NCBI GenBank assembly: GCA_030704615.1
Contig: CM060732.1
Location: forward strand, 73,098,001 to 73,162,000
Length of the DNA: 64,000 nt
Direction of reading: 5' to 3'
From: Takakia lepidozioides
Lineage: Eukaryota; Plantae; Bryophyta
Part shown: piece by piece, positions 26,421 to 39,964 of the stretch
Position numbering within the stretch: the first letter of the stretch is position 1
Layout of the letters: the number at the start of each line of letters is the position of its first letter
The notes under the pieces: generated by a model
The model's input: the letters and a program-made list of their open reading frames with translations, nothing else
Database searches by the model: none
Told to the model about the DNA's origin: nothing
Made by a program: the position numbers and the translations under genes

Positions 26421-26703
26421 GGGTAAGTGAGACTCAACAACCATGTGCTTTCACTACATGTGTGCCTTGTGTATTATAGCATGTCTGGTTGCTCAAGTTC
26501 TCAGTGAATGATTTAAGTGTTGAAAGAATATATGTACTCATAAGAGTGACAGTGTGTTGATTGACAAAACTGAGTTTGGTACCTCTAACCACTTCCTGGT
26601 TTGGACTGAGATCTGTTGGGTTTGGGTTTGTTGATTTTTGTTGATTTGGGTTTGTTGATTTTCACTATAAGCCAACATTGTATCCCTAGGACTATTAGAG
26701 GAC

Positions 26704-27798
26704 TGTCTGGGACTTAGGCACTTTTACGGGATCTGTGGGGTACCCTTAATTTTTGCACACTGAGACCAACATGAGCCTTAGGGGTGACAGCAGCGCACTT
26801 TAGGGGGGGGTTACACATCCCGTCACAGCCAACACAGTCTGTCACAGTTCGACACAGCCGACACAGCCCGTCACAGCCAACACAACCCGTCACAGTCCGA
26901 CACACACAGCCCACACAGCCCGTCACAGTCCGACACAGCCCGTCACAGCCCACACAGCCGTCACAGTCCGACATAGCCGCCACAACCAGACACAGCTGTC
27001 ACAGCCAATCATAGCCGACACCGTCGTCACAGCCAATCACAGCCCGACACAGCTCGTCACAGCTCGACACAGCCGCCATAGCTTCGCACAGCCCTACACA
27101 GCCCGACACAGCCAGTCACAGTCCGCCACAGCCTTACACAGCCAGTCACAGCTTCGCACAGCTGGGGAACAGTTATCAATGGCAGGGAACGACTGTGAGG
27201 GAACGACATCTGCAAAAGGAACGTGTACTACAGGGATGACGGTTAGCCAGGAAAGCGGTTAGAACAGCTTGTAGGGGGATAAAGTCAAGAACGGGGACTT
27301 CTGGGGAATCACTTCGGGAAGGACTTCGGGGGGGGATCACAACTTGGAAATGAAGCGGAGAGCGCATCTCTGAGCAGAAAGAGGGAGAGCACGGAGTAGG
27401 AGGAGAACGATCTGTTGATACTTGCTGAATGCAAGAAGTAGAGTTGTAATGTAGAGCAGAATAGAGACACCATGGCTTCAGCCTGATACTTGATAGATAT
27501 TAATCTGATACATACTTCATACTCACACTGTGTAGAGAGACCTGAGTGAAGCTGTGGAATGAATGGATGGAACTTGATAGATTTCTGAAGCAAACTGATA
27601 CTTAATTACAGATAGTAAGGTAACTCGCTAACATGAATGCGGGAAGGAGTACAAATAGGAAACACCCCCATGATACACTAGCTGTAGGTCATGACTGATT
27701 GTTCTGAGTGGGCTGAGTGCTTAGAGATTTCCAACTCTTCTATCTTGGAGTTCCCACCTCGGATAGCGAAGGGATGGGTGAGTAAAAGCCGCGCGACA
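26704..27798 (+). repeat. 5' LTR (~1.1 kb) containing an ACAGC(C)-rich tandem array at 26820-27160
   Basis: Starts TGTCTGGG, ends GCGCGACA; highly similar to 37170-38057. Confidence 0.92.
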
Positions 27799-27800
27799 TT

Positions 27801-27818
27801 TGGCGACCATACTGGGGA
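27801..27818 (+). other. Primer-binding site (putative)
   Basis: TGGCGACCATACTGGGGA, 2 nt after the LTR end; TGG is complementary to a tRNA CCA end. Confidence 0.7.
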
Positions 27819-28408
27819 AACTGGGTCATGAACAACCAGATGTGACAGGCATCTGGTGGGATCATGGTGGATGGAGAATTAAAGAATTTGATGTGAATCA
27901 AATTCCTGTGAAACTGAGAAGGAAAGATTGTCCAAACGATTCTTTCAGAGGTTCTTGGAATTGCCAGACGGTTGTAAAGAAAACATTCTTAAGAGAGTGC
28001 ATGATGCTGACCCTAAGTGGGGTCTGGAGAAAGGAGTGATAAAGATTTATCAGGTGGCCTGTAGAGGAAGAGCACGTTGGTTACCAACACTGGTTTATGT
28101 GATAGCATTGCTATCCATTAAGCGAGTAGAGTTTGAAGGCTGGGAGGAAAGAAAGGTGAATGTTTATACTCATATGCATGAAGAGCTTGTACTGGTAAAG
28201 AATTGGATTCCAAAGGATATTTTGTGGATCAAACTCACACAAGAACAACTTTCCAGACTTGTTTGCCATATGGTTATATGGTAACGGAGACTTCTAGTAT
28301 AGCCAAGGGTGCATTGAAGCTTGAAAGAAACCCAGGCATATACGAGAGAGATATTACAGAAGAGAGTTTTGGTTATTGCCACATTAAAAGAAATGAAAGA
28401 CATGGGAC

Positions 28409-31400
28409 ATGAGTGATGAAAGAGAAGCTAGACGCCAGAGATATTCAGCAAAAAGAGAAAGCTATCTGAAAGCTAATTATCCATATCTTTGGGAGAGAGG
28501 AATAGACATAGGGGAATCATCTGGACCTCTCACACCATTAAGATCAGAGAGTACATCACCCATACCGGAAGAACTAGAGTTGGATGCCACTCCTTCTTTT
28601 TCTTTGCAAGAAAGATTAAGGGAATTGGTACGGGAAGAAGATCAATCACGAGGTGAAAGATCTGAGGTACATCCCTGGATAAAAGATTTGACAGAAATCT
28701 TTGATAAGAGTTGGCATGGAACACCAAAAGCAGGAACTCCAGTTTCTGAAGCGGAAGGTGAAGAAGGAGGAGAGGATGTGGCAGAGCCAACGGAGAGTTC
28801 AGACTCTCCAACACCATTGCAGTTGAGTTACATGAGTGAAGAAGAAACCCAAGGGCAGAACTTGGAGGATGAAAATAGAGAGAAGAAATTGGAAGAGGAA
28901 GAGTATGAAGAAGTAGACCCAACAGCTGAGGTTGAGACTACAACCAGGACATCCCAACCCGTTGGACCTGGATCAAGTGGAGCACTTGGATCACAGGCCA
29001 ACGAAGGTGTCGGCTCAGGGGGATCAGGCGGGCTGCCTGGATCTGGCTCTGGGGGGACAGGGAGTGTGGGAATTGCAACTGGAGCTGGGAATACTGTGAA
29101 TATCGGGGCCAGTAGCAGGGAGTGCTTTGGGGCCACCACTTGGTGGAAGATCCACCACAACTACAACAGGTCCTCAAGGACCAGCACCAGCAAGGGTGCC
29201 AGCACCTGTCAGTGGGCAGAGGTAGGGCCACAGATGGCGTTACAACCAACACGGGCAAAACCACCTTTTCCAATATATTCAGGAAAAGGGGATCCCGATG
29301 TACACATTAGCCAATTTGAGCACATGTTATAGTGAACAATGAGAATGGCGATGATGCCAAGATGAGATTGTTTCCTTGTTCACTTATCAAGAAAGCAAGT
29401 GAATGGTATGCAAGATTCCCTGATAATCATTTCCTAACCTGGAATGGCTTGAATACAACATTCCAAAATAGGTTCAGGACAAGTAAAACTGAGGATGAAG
29501 TGTATGGAAGTTTACAACAGTTAAAGCAAAAGAAGCATGAAACTGTTGAGGAGTATATGGAAAAGATGGAATTGATGATGAAAAAGCTGGCTGCTGTACC
29601 AGCACCAGGTTTACAGAAGACTTGGTTTGTGAGTGGACTAAGACCAGAGTTGCAGAAGAAAGTGGATATGTTACCCCATAATACAGTGGAGGAGGCATTT
29701 GAAACTGCAAACAGAATTGAGCAATTGGGAATGCTCAGGAGAGAGAAAAGGGATGATGATGAGGACTCTGAGGATGAGTCAGATGAAGAAGAAGAGCAAG
29801 AACTAAAAAGGAAGAGTAAGAGAAAGGAGAAGTTGAAGAGGGATAACTATGAGAAAAGATTAGAAGAAATCTTGAAGAAGTATGCCACAGAGTGCAACAC
29901 ATTGGAGGAAGGGTGTTTGGTGTGCAAAGTGCCAGAATGAAGGCCATACCACCACTGAATGCCACATGAAGGAGAAACACTGTACTATCTGTAAAATGGA
30001 TAACCATTCTACTGAGAATTGTTACTACAACAGAAGGACAGCTGCAAGAGAACCTAGGCAAGTAAGGGTGCATCAAGTGCACCCCAGCCAAGAAGAAACA
30101 TGATCAGGACCACTATGGTAGGCCTGGTGGTTATAACAATGGCATGGAAGGGAGAGGTAATTCAAGAGGGAATTACCAAGGAAATTCCAGAGGCAACTAT
30201 CAGGGTAATCCAAGGGGGAATTACCAGCCAGGGAATCAGGATTACAGAAATAATCCAAGAGCAGACCAAGGGCGAGGACCCAATGGTGAAGAACTGTGTT
30301 ACTATTGTAATCAGCCAGGACATCGCAAGGCAGCCTGTTCATTCTGGATTAGACACCAGAATGAGATGAGAGCTCCTGTGAATGAGGGCCCAGTGGTGGC
30401 AGCTCACATGGTTAGGCCATGTGTTGTACCAGAAGTAAGTACAATGATAGTAACAAGAAGCAAAGCCAAACTAATACTCTAGTAGTTGAGGAAGATGATG
30501 ATAATGGAAATGGCAGTGATATGCCTGAAGATGATGAGGCTTGGAGAGATGAGAAGGAACTGCACAAGGAAGTGGCAGATACCATAAGGGAAATGCAAAA
30601 GAGTACTGATATTCCTGTGGCAGATTCCTCTGATTCTGATGGAGAAGAAGAAGTGAGTGAGGATGAAAGGAAGAAAGAAGTTGCAGACATGCAAAGTAAT
30701 GAAGGGACTTTGGCTGAAGTAATATGCCAGACCAAAGCAGAGATTACCATTGGACAGCTATTGCTGTGGCACCTTATTGTAGACACAGGCTGTATCAAGC
30801 AATCAATCGAATTGCCCAGGAGACAGGAAACACAGACCTGAACAGCAAGGTGACCAGTTATAATGTGAAGCCGGAAGGGCGAGAAACAGTCATGGACTTT
30901 GATGATTCTATGCCAGTAATCCAATTGAGAATTGGAAGCACAGAACTAACTGATGTACTGATAGATGGAGGCTCTGGAGTAAATATCATGACAGACCAAT
31001 TAAGAAAGAAGCTTGGTCTAAGTAACATGAAACCAGCCCCATTTACAGTAACAATGGCAGATCAAAGGAGTACAGCCATTGGGATTGATAAGAGGAGTTA
31101 AGATACAGATACAAAAGATGATCTTTATGATCACAGTAACTGTGTTGAAGATGGATGAAGTCATGGAGGCTTACTCCTTATTATTGGGAGTCCGTGGCTG
31201 AAACAGGCCAGGGTATTCCATGACTGGAATTCTCAGTTACTAACCGTGCATAATGGGATGCACGAGATACAAATTACCACAAAGAAATCTAGTAGATTAC
31301 CTGCTACGAGAAGACCTCGAGGGGTCAGGACTGGATGAGGAGCAGGAAGCTACCCTGTTCGCTGCACACCCAGAGTGGGAGCAGGTTGCAGAGATGCGGC

Positions 31401-34335
31401 TGGAAGGCCTAAGTTGTTTAAGAGGTATCTACTGTGGTGTAGTGTCAGCAACACCAATTGAAGAGGAAACCAGCAGTTACCCATCACATTTCTATGAAGA
31501 AAGAGAAGGAGAAATGGAAATCCTAGAGGAACCAGCCACTGTGAGTTTACAGGATGAAGTGGTGACTGGTTGGACAATCACAGCTGATGAGCAGGTGAGG
31601 GAAGTGAATGTGGGAACTAAAGAGGAACCAAGGATGGTGAAGGTAGGAGCTGATTTGGAGCCAGAATTCTTTGAAGAAGCTAAGAGTTTGTTCATCAAAT
31701 ACAGAGATGTATTTGCTTGGAGCTACGAGGATCTAAAAGGGATACCACCTGAGATCTGTCAGCATAAGATTGAACTGGAACCAGGATCAGTACCAATCAA
31801 GCAGGCAAGGTACAGAATGAATCCCAACTATGCACAGAAGGTTGGAGAAAGATCAAGAAGTTGGCTGAGGCTAAGTTTATATACCCAATAGAGTATACAA
31901 CTTGGTTGTCACCCATTGTGATAGTTCCCAAGAAGAATGGTAAACTAAGAGTTTGTGTGAACTACAAGAAGCTGAATGCTTGTACGAAGAAAGATCCTTC
32001 CCTTTGCCATTCACAGAAGCAGTATTGGACACTGTGGCAGGCCATGAGATGTACTCATTCATGGATGGCTTCAGTGGTTATAATCAAGTGCAAGTGGCAG
32101 AAGAAGACCAAGGAAAGACAGCTTTCATCACAGACTGGGGTGCTTATGCATACAAAGTCATGCCCTTTGGACTTTGTAATGCACCAGCAACCTTTCAGAG
32201 AGTGATAAGTGAATCTTTTCATGAGTATCTGGATGATTTCATGCAGGTGTTCTTGGATGATTTCAGTGTACAGCTCTAAGAATGAGCACTTGCATAAATT
32301 GGAGTTATGTCTGGCCAGATGCAGGATGAGAGGTCTGGGCCTGAATCCAGAGAAGTGTACTTTCTGTGTGAACTCAGGGGTGCTTCTGGGACACATTGTG
32401 TGTAAGAGGGGACTTGTGGATCCCAGGAAAACAGAGGCCATTAAAGCCTCTCCACCACCAGTGAATGTTAAGAGTCTAAGGAGATTCCTTGGACAAACCA
32501 GCTATTACAGAAGATTTGTCAGACGGTATGCACAGATAGCAGCACCATTGAGCAAACTTCTGAAGAAAGATGCAGTGTTTGCATGGACACCTGAATGTCA
32601 ACAGGCTTTTGAGGAACTTACATTGTCAGTAACAACTACACCTGTGCTGATTAATCCTCACTGGCAGGAAATATTTCATGTTCACTGTGATGCTTCTGGA
32701 GAAGCACTAGGAGCAGTGTTAGCCAAAATGTTACAGGAAGGATAGATTCACCTGTGTACTATGCTAGCCGATTGATGAACAGTCGAAAGAAATTATAGCA
32801 CAACGGAAAGAGAAGCATTGGCAATGATCTATGCAGTGAAGAATTCAGGCATTACCTGTTGGGCAAGAAGTGGATCACCAGGCTCTGATATACCTGGTAA
32901 ACAAACCTCTGATAAGCGGAAGAATAGCAAGATGGTTGATAATCTTGCACGAGTTTGAGTTCGAGGTTGTTTACAAGCCTGGGAGGCTGCATCTTGTGGC
33001 GGATCACTTGTCACGGTTATCAACAGGAGAACCAGCCACGGGAGTAGATGATCAATTACCAGATGCGAGTCTATTTGCAGTGGAGGTGCAGGGAAGTGCA
33101 GATGACTGGTTAGATTGGCAGTGGCCAATCAGATACTACCTTGCTCATGGTCAGTGCCCACCAAGTTATGGAAAGGAGCAGAGAAAGAGAATTGCTATCA
33201 AGGCTCTACCTTACACTATGGTAGGGAGCAGATGTATAAGCTAGGACCAGATGGAGTGCTGAAGCGATGCTTATACCACCATGAAGTTAATAAAGTTTTG
33301 GAGGAAGTTCATAAAGGAGTGGCAGGAGGTCATTTTGGAGAAGAGACTACCAGTAGGAAGATACTACATGCAGGTTACTGGTGGCCTACTTTGTTCAAAG
33401 ATGTACACAAGTATTGTCAGAGTTGTGATGAATGTCAGAGGCTAGGACCTTTGCAGAGATCTGGGAAGATGGCTTTGCATCCTACAATGCCTACGGAACC
33501 ATTTCAGAAATGGGGACTAGACTTTGTTGGACCAATTAACCCACCAGCCAAGAATACACAGAACAGGTACATAATTACAGCCACTGATTATACTACGAAG
33601 TGGGTGGAAGCTAAAGCTTTGAGGGACAACACAGCCAAGTCCACAGCAAGGTTCCTGTATGAGAACATACTTACACGATTTGGCTGTCCATTGGAATTTA
33701 TCAGTGATCAGGGAAGTCACTTCATTAATGAGACCATTGAATTATTGACTAAAGAGTTCATGATTGTGCATAGGAAGAGTACAACATATTACCCACAGGG
33801 TAATGGGCAGGCAGAGGCTACCAACAAAATACTATGTACTATCTTGGCTAAGATAGTCAATGCAAACAGAACGGATTGGGATACAAAGCTGCTGACAGCT
33901 TTGTGGTCATACAGGACTTCATATAAAGTCACCACTAAGTATACACCATTCCAATTAGTTTATGGTATGGAAGCTTTACTTCCAGTGGAATTCTGTTACC
34001 TACCATGAGAACGGAATGGGGAAAAGAGAATGGAATTGCAAGATTCAATTAAGGTCAGGAAACATGAATTATACCATGTGGAAGAAGTACGTGCTGATGC
34101 AGCTGATAACATGACCAGAATTCAGATGAAGAGAAAGGAACAGTTTGATGAAGGCAAGATAAAGACTTTTAAGACGGGAGATTTGGTTCTCTGGTTGCAG
34201 AAGAAGGGAAAGATTAAAGCTTCTAAGCTTAAATCACCATGGAAAGGACCTTATGTCATACAAAAGATGTATGATAACAACACCGCCATGTTACAAACCA
34301 TTAACAAGAAATGTTGGGAAGAGTCAATGCAATAA
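28409..34335 (+). pseudogene. gag-pol polyprotein: gag with CCHC knuckles, aspartic protease, RT, RNase H, integrase
   Basis: YSGKGDPDVHI, LFPCSL..ASEWY, CYYCNQPGHRKAAC, VLIDGGSGVNIM, MDGFSGYNQ, MPFGLCNAPATFQR, FLDD, HCDASG, GHFG..CDECQ, WGLDFVGP, SDQGSHF, NGQAE. Multiple frameshifts. Confidence 0.95.
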
Positions 34336-34469
34336 GTTGAAGGGGTACAGTGGTATCCATGACAAACCATTGTAGCATGATTTGCATGTTGAAACGCAAA
34401 AGCAGTCACGGGCTGCGCCAGTGATACCAAAGGAGTATGGAGCACTTGTCGCTAGGCCGAGCATATATG

Positions 34470-34680
34470 ACCACAGAACAAGTGCGACACAGCCTATCAC
34501 ACATACAGCCAGCACGGCGCGTCACAGCCCAGCACGGACACAGCCTATCACAGCCCAGCAAACACAACCATCACACCTACACATGGTGTCACAGCCTATC
34601 ACAGCTTACCACAGTGCAACACAGCTATCACAGCGTACCACAGTATGACACAGCCTGTCACAGCACACAGCTACTAGGGT
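34470..34680. repeat. Internal ACAGC/CACAG-rich degenerate tandem repeat
   Basis: Repeated ACAGCCTATCACAGC units resembling the LTR array. Confidence 0.75.
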
Positions 34681-35299
34681 TACACAATCCATAGAATCAG
34701 TGACAGGTGGACGGGATAACTTCAGGGAAATGGCCGGCGGAAGAAGAAAGGACGGAAAACCAGTTTAGAAATGGACACGTGGAAGTCAAGGCGCGACACA
34801 CAGCTGAGAAGGAAGTGCAAGAACAGGTGTCATCAAGAAAGAGGACAAAAATGGCCGTCAAAGTACCTACTTAGCACGTCAATTCGGATGAATGGGGGCC
34901 CATTAATGAATACGGGAAAAAGGGCAACGGAACAAACGGCAAGTACCGAAAAGCGAAATCCATGTCACATGTGCTATCCTAGTGGACAGTCCAGAGTGGA
35001 AAATCCATGGAAGGAAATGAAATCTAAAATCCAGTCACAGCAGTTACAGCCAACCAAAAGCCAGAAGCAGAATCAAGAAATGGAGGAATTTTAAGCGCAA
35101 GAGTCGGCGTCGTTCCAAGTAACGGGCGTCACGACGGGACAGACCATCAATGCTATAGCTTTGAAGCTATGGAGGAACTAACAGACTATACGCTTGCGAT
35201 ACTACTTACGCAGTGGCACGGGGATAGAAGAACAGAGAGTATCTTTTCTCTTAATCGATGCTTGCAAGCCCCGCAGGCTTACAAGAAATTACCCATAGC

Positions 35300-37165
35300 A
35301 TTTTGTGGCAACCATACGTTTATGCTTTGTGCCCTGCAGGCATTTCTTCAATTGTTACAGCCAAAACCTTTCTGTGGGTCTAGAATGAAGAGAGTGAGAG
35401 GAATGGAAGAAATCAGGGTGAAGAGCACCACAATCCTGCAGAAAAACAACGATTGCTACTCCACAGGCGGTACAGTTACTGAAGGAGCTGCGATTAGAAG
35501 GATTGCAAAGCAAAGATTGGACATTGCACCATAGGCAGTACATGTTACAATTCTTGCAGAACTTTGAGCCTAGGACAGGAGCAACAACGGTGAAGGGAGT
35601 TGAATTAGAAATTACTCCCCTATACCTACAGCAATTGTTTGAATTGCCATCAGGTCAGGTGCATGTGGAGGAGCACAGGGCAAGACTGCAAATAGGGGAC
35701 TTATTCCAAGAAGGGAGTTTCTTTTTAAAACTCAGGGTTATGCTTGTACCAAGGCCGTGTACCCAGGGCTAAGGGAGGTAGGCCAGGTATTGAACGTTCT
35801 GTTTGCCATGAAACAGAACCAACAGTATTTGAGCAGATCCTTCACAGAGGAAATACTCAAAGCCTGAGAGGAGAAGATAAGAGGTAGCATGGGGGACATA
35901 ATGTACAACGCACTGGTAGAGGAGATGAAAAGATTACAGGGCACTGCCGCAAAGTCTCCTATCATAGTGTCTGGCCCAATCATTGCTCAAATAATTCTTG
36001 ATTCTTGCATACTTGATGCTCGGGAAAGAAAGGAGATGAGAGTGTTTGAGACCGAAACCACTGCAATGGAAGAGCAAGGCTCTTCACACAGTGAGGGTGG
36101 ACTGGCAGGGCAACCCCAGTCTAAGAGACAGAGGCGGGGAAAGACTGTAGTGGCGATCCACTGGCTTCACGGAAACCGCATGATAATGTTTCCCAAGCTC
36201 TTGTGCAGGAAGGGGCACAGCAACACAGAGAGCTGCTATTATTGGAAGCAGGGCCTTCAGAGAGGGAAGAGGAAGTTACTTCAGTATCACAACCATCACA
36301 GCTACATGATCGGCTTGTCACAGAGTTACCACAAGTTGTCCATGCAGTTCCACCACAAATAATTGATTTGGAGAAAGAAGGGTTAGATATTCCCACTACA
36401 GAACAGGTGGTGGCAGAAATTGAGAAGGGGGACCTTCTCTATGAAAATTCTGGTTGGTCAAGGAAACAATGATTCTGGAGGTGCAGTGGTTGTCCAGGGG
36501 AAACCCTGCGGTGCATATAATACACACTGTGACGGAGGTACCACAGGTAGAATGTCAAGACACTGCAGCACCTATGACGGATGAAGTGGTTCAGGAAGAA
36601 AATCTGGTGGGGCAATGGCCTGATGGTTCGTGAGGCATCACATTGTTGAGGATCAGGGAGAACAGCAGCAAGCTCACCATGATGACCCTCAACAGGCCAT
36701 GCTTATGAGTTCCATAAGCAGGACACTTAATTTGTTGGCCACTTATGTCAAATCCCATGTTCCAACTTCCCAATTGGCAGCTTTGAGGGAGGAACTCAGG
36801 AAGGAGTTTGAGGCTCGACTTGCCACTGAGTGTGCAAACAAGGTCGATGAAGAGGTCACTCTCAAGATGCAACAAGACTTAGAGAGTACAGAAGCGGCTT
36901 TGCAATTGGCCAAGGAACAATTGATTGAGGCAGGCCTCGCGCAAGACCAGTTGACGAAGCACATAAGCAACAGCTATACCAAATGCAGGTGAAGCATGAA
37001 AGCAAGTTGCAAGAAGTGAATGCACTACATACGGAGTTGCAGACAGTGCATGACAGGATGGCCATACAATGTGCTACACTCACAACTATGCTTGACCAAG
37101 CTACAATAGAAATAAACAGTCAAGCGGAAAGATGTACGAAGGCAGAGGCAGAGAATGTCTATACC
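35300..37165 (+). pseudogene. Extra 3' ORF of the gypsy element, with C-terminal coiled coil
   Basis: Overlapping coding-like frames (QFLQNFEP..TVKGVELEITP.YLQQLFELP; LREELRKEFEARL..LQLAKEQL) between the integrase and the 3' LTR. Confidence 0.55.
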
Positions 37166-37169
37166 ATTG

Positions 37170-38057
37170 CAGTCTGTCACAGTTCGACACAGCCGACACA
37201 GCCCGTCACAGCCAACACAACCCGTCACAGTCCGACACAGCCCGTCAAAGCCCACACAGTCCGACACAGTCGACACAGCCGCCACAACCAGACACAGCCG
37301 TCACAGCCAATCACAGCCGACACCGTCATCACAGCCAATCACAGCCCGACACAGCCCGTCACAATTCGACACAGCCGCCACAGCTTCGCACAGCCCTACA
37401 CAGCCCGACACAGCCAGTCACAGCTTCGCACAGCTGGGGAACAGTTATCAATGTCAGGGAACGACTGTGAGGGAACGACATCTGCAAAAGGAACGTGTAC
37501 TACAGGGATGACGGTTAGCCAGGAAAGCGGTTAGAACAGCTTGTAGGGGGATAAAGTCAAGAACGGGGACTTCTGGGAATCACTTCTGGAAGGACTTCGG
37601 GGAGGGATCACAACTTGGAAATGAAGCGGAGAGTGCGTCTCTGAGCAGAAAGAGGGAGAGCACGGAGTTAGGAGGAGAACGATCTATTGATACTTGCTGA
37701 ATGCAAGAAGTAGAGCAGAATAGAGACACCATGGCTTCAGCCTGATACTTGATAGATATTAATCTGATACATACTTCATACTCACACTGTGTAGAGAGAC
37801 CTGAGTGAAGCTGTGGAATGAATGGATGGAACTTGATAGATTTCTGAAGCAAACTGATACTTAATTACAGATAGTAAGGTAACTCGCTAACATGAATGCG
37901 GGAAGGAGTACAAATAGGAAACACCCCCATGATACACTGGCTGTAGGTCATGACTGATTGTTCTGAGCGGGCTGAGAGCTTAGAGATTTCCAACTCTTCT
38001 ATCTTGGAGTTCCCACCTCGGATAGCGAAGGGATGGGTGAGTTAAAGCCGTGCGACA
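37170..38057 (+). repeat. 3' LTR, truncated at its 5' end by ~130 bp (PPT not seen)
   Basis: Identity to the 5' LTR begins only at CAGTCTGTCACAG (5' LTR position ~26835); ends TGCGACA. Confidence 0.9.
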
Positions 38058-38409
38058 AGGACGGCCCTGTCTGGCCAGGTCTAAGTCCATCAAGGGGTTT
38101 AGTAGAGGGTTAACACATTTTACTTCAGAAGTTGCTGCGTGTGATCATTGTATCCCTAGGACTGCATGTGTGGTAGAAGGACATGCGTCTGAATTTACTG
38201 CTTTGCTAGAACAAAAGTGGGACCAGTATTTTTGTACAGGTGAACATGTTGTAGTCATGGTTGCTAGCGTTTGATGAATATGTGTCTGGTTGGTGTGATC
38301 ACCCAATATGGATTGATAGGTAAGGTGCTTGATGTTGTGCTCAAATATTGGCAGGTGGAAAAAAAACTTGCTGGAATATGTTGTCTTATGCATTTCTGTC
38401 TATATGGCA

Positions 38410-38901
38410 ATAGTCAGAAAGGTGGATGCAATGGAAAAACAAGTCGAGGCTGAAGGGTCTGATATGCTGGAGATGAAATCATGGATGCAGAACATGATGG
38501 ACTCTCAGAAGGCAATGATGCTCAAATTGGGGGTTAATGTCCCCCTGGCGGGTCTTTGCAGCAATGCCATCTCCCCAATTTGAAATTCCCAAAGTGAGCT
38601 ACTGCCATTGAACTGCCACTTCACGAAACAGGACTTTGCATTGTACATATTACCCAGAATTCCCGAAAGTCTTCTGCAGAGAACTTTCCAAATGTGATTG
38701 CATTCAAAGTTGTGCCACGTCCATTGCCAGATTTTCTGTGGCTTCCACCTTTCAACCTCTTCTGTGTGGGAAGTGCATTTACATCCTGGAATGCTAAGAA
38801 AGTCTCAGACACGTTCTGTACATTTGCATGCTTCTTTCATGCTGATGCTCAGCATGTCAATGCATAGAAATGTTGAAGACGTAGCATCATAGTGAGCAGG
38901 T
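38410..38901 (+). pseudogene. Continuation of CACTA-A TnpA-like gene (coiled-coil exon) up to the inversion breakpoint
   Basis: MEKQVEAEGSDMLEMKSWMQNMMDSQKAMMLKLGV resembles MERAQGAQHKDIMDLKATISHVMMYQKAIAEKFGI at 15580. Confidence 0.65.
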
Positions 38902-39027
38902 GCTTACAGATGGTGATTTTGCCGGCGACGGGCGTTTCTGGGGAAGCGAGGGTGCAAGAGCTGGGTGGCGAAGGACATCTTTGCTGGAATCGCCAGTGTG
39001 CTCGCCCGCAGGGACACACAACAAATA

Positions 39028-39283
39028 CCGGGACTGTACATTGTCGAATGTTTGGGTCCCTCCCATACTTTGTTAGGTGCTTTTTGGCCATCTGTAGAAA
39101 TTGCGGGATCCCTCCATGGCAGATTCTGCAGTTGCACAATATTTTGCGGTGCCTTTGTGCAATGGCACGCGCCTCCTCTAGTCGCCACAGTTTCTCATCT
39201 TTCCTGCGCACACGGAGTCGTTGAGCTGTCAGCCAAAACCCCGCTCTCGTTGTATACATCGTACTTATACAGGGGGTGTGCAA
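39028..39283 (-). pseudogene. CACTA-B transposase exon 1 (transposase-associated Zn domain), inverted relative to its body
   Basis: KLWRLEEARAIAQRHRKILCNCRICHGG..KKHLTKYGRDP, homologous to 23580-23350. Confidence 0.8.
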
Positions 39284-39311
39284 GGGTCTTTGCAGCTAAT
39301 GTCAGACTGCC

Positions 39312-39964
39312 ATGGTCAGGCCCTCCCCGTGCGGTCCCTTGACTGTGTATGAGAAGCTAAGGGAGACTTGCATTGCTCGCAACAAAGAGGTTGAGGCGGA
39401 GTTGTTTGGTTCGCACCCACTGTGAGTATATTGAGAGGCGGCTCACCATAGTGTTGTGGCTGCTATCTCGCAGGAGAGCATTCCACCTCAACCGAAGTGC
39501 TCGACTGATCGGAATACTTTAGTTTGGGGTTGTCAGACATCGCATTGCAGGGGCTTCTCATTAGGGTTTAGCCTGAAATTGCCTGCATTCTTGTCTTTGG
39601 GTTTATGAGTTTTTCTGGATTCCCAGTGTTGGGATTGCGTTGCTAAATACACAAAATGATGTTTGTGAGGCGTCGCCTGTCTCCACACTTTCATGGTGCA
39701 CCATGAAGAGAGCGGGATTGGTTAACTTCTTCATGGGGCGGGGATTGCAGGCTTGTTGCTCCGAAACCAAAGCGTGCTCGCCGTCGACCTCCACTACCCA
39801 CTGGACCACCCAGACGTAGTGGAAGGCTAGAAACAATGGCCGACAAGGCACGGCAGTACATCGACGAAGAGGACGAGGATTTGTCTTTGTGTCTGAGCTT
39901 CACAAGCTGCTTCGAAATGAAGTCTGTGACCGACCAATTTCGTCTCCTGATTCGCAAGTGCGGG
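39312..39964 (+). pseudogene. CACTA-B TnpA-like gene 5' exons, inside the small inversion
   Basis: MVRPSPCGPLTVYEKLRETCIARN matches exon 1 at 23692; YIDEEDED resembles IDIDDDD at 24280. Confidence 0.65.

Larger units (their letters stand above)
26704..38057 (+). mobile_element. Ty3/gypsy LTR retrotransposon (non-chromovirus type), decayed, inserted in a CACTA-A intron
   Basis: TG...CA ends; 5-bp TSD AGGAC at 26699-26703 and 38058-38062; gag-PR-RT-RH-INT order; paired LTRs. Confidence 0.95.

Noticed and set aside
26714-27170. Cys-rich or His/Ser-rich ORFs (also 37025-37534)
   Set aside because: Artefacts of the ACAGC array in the LTRs.
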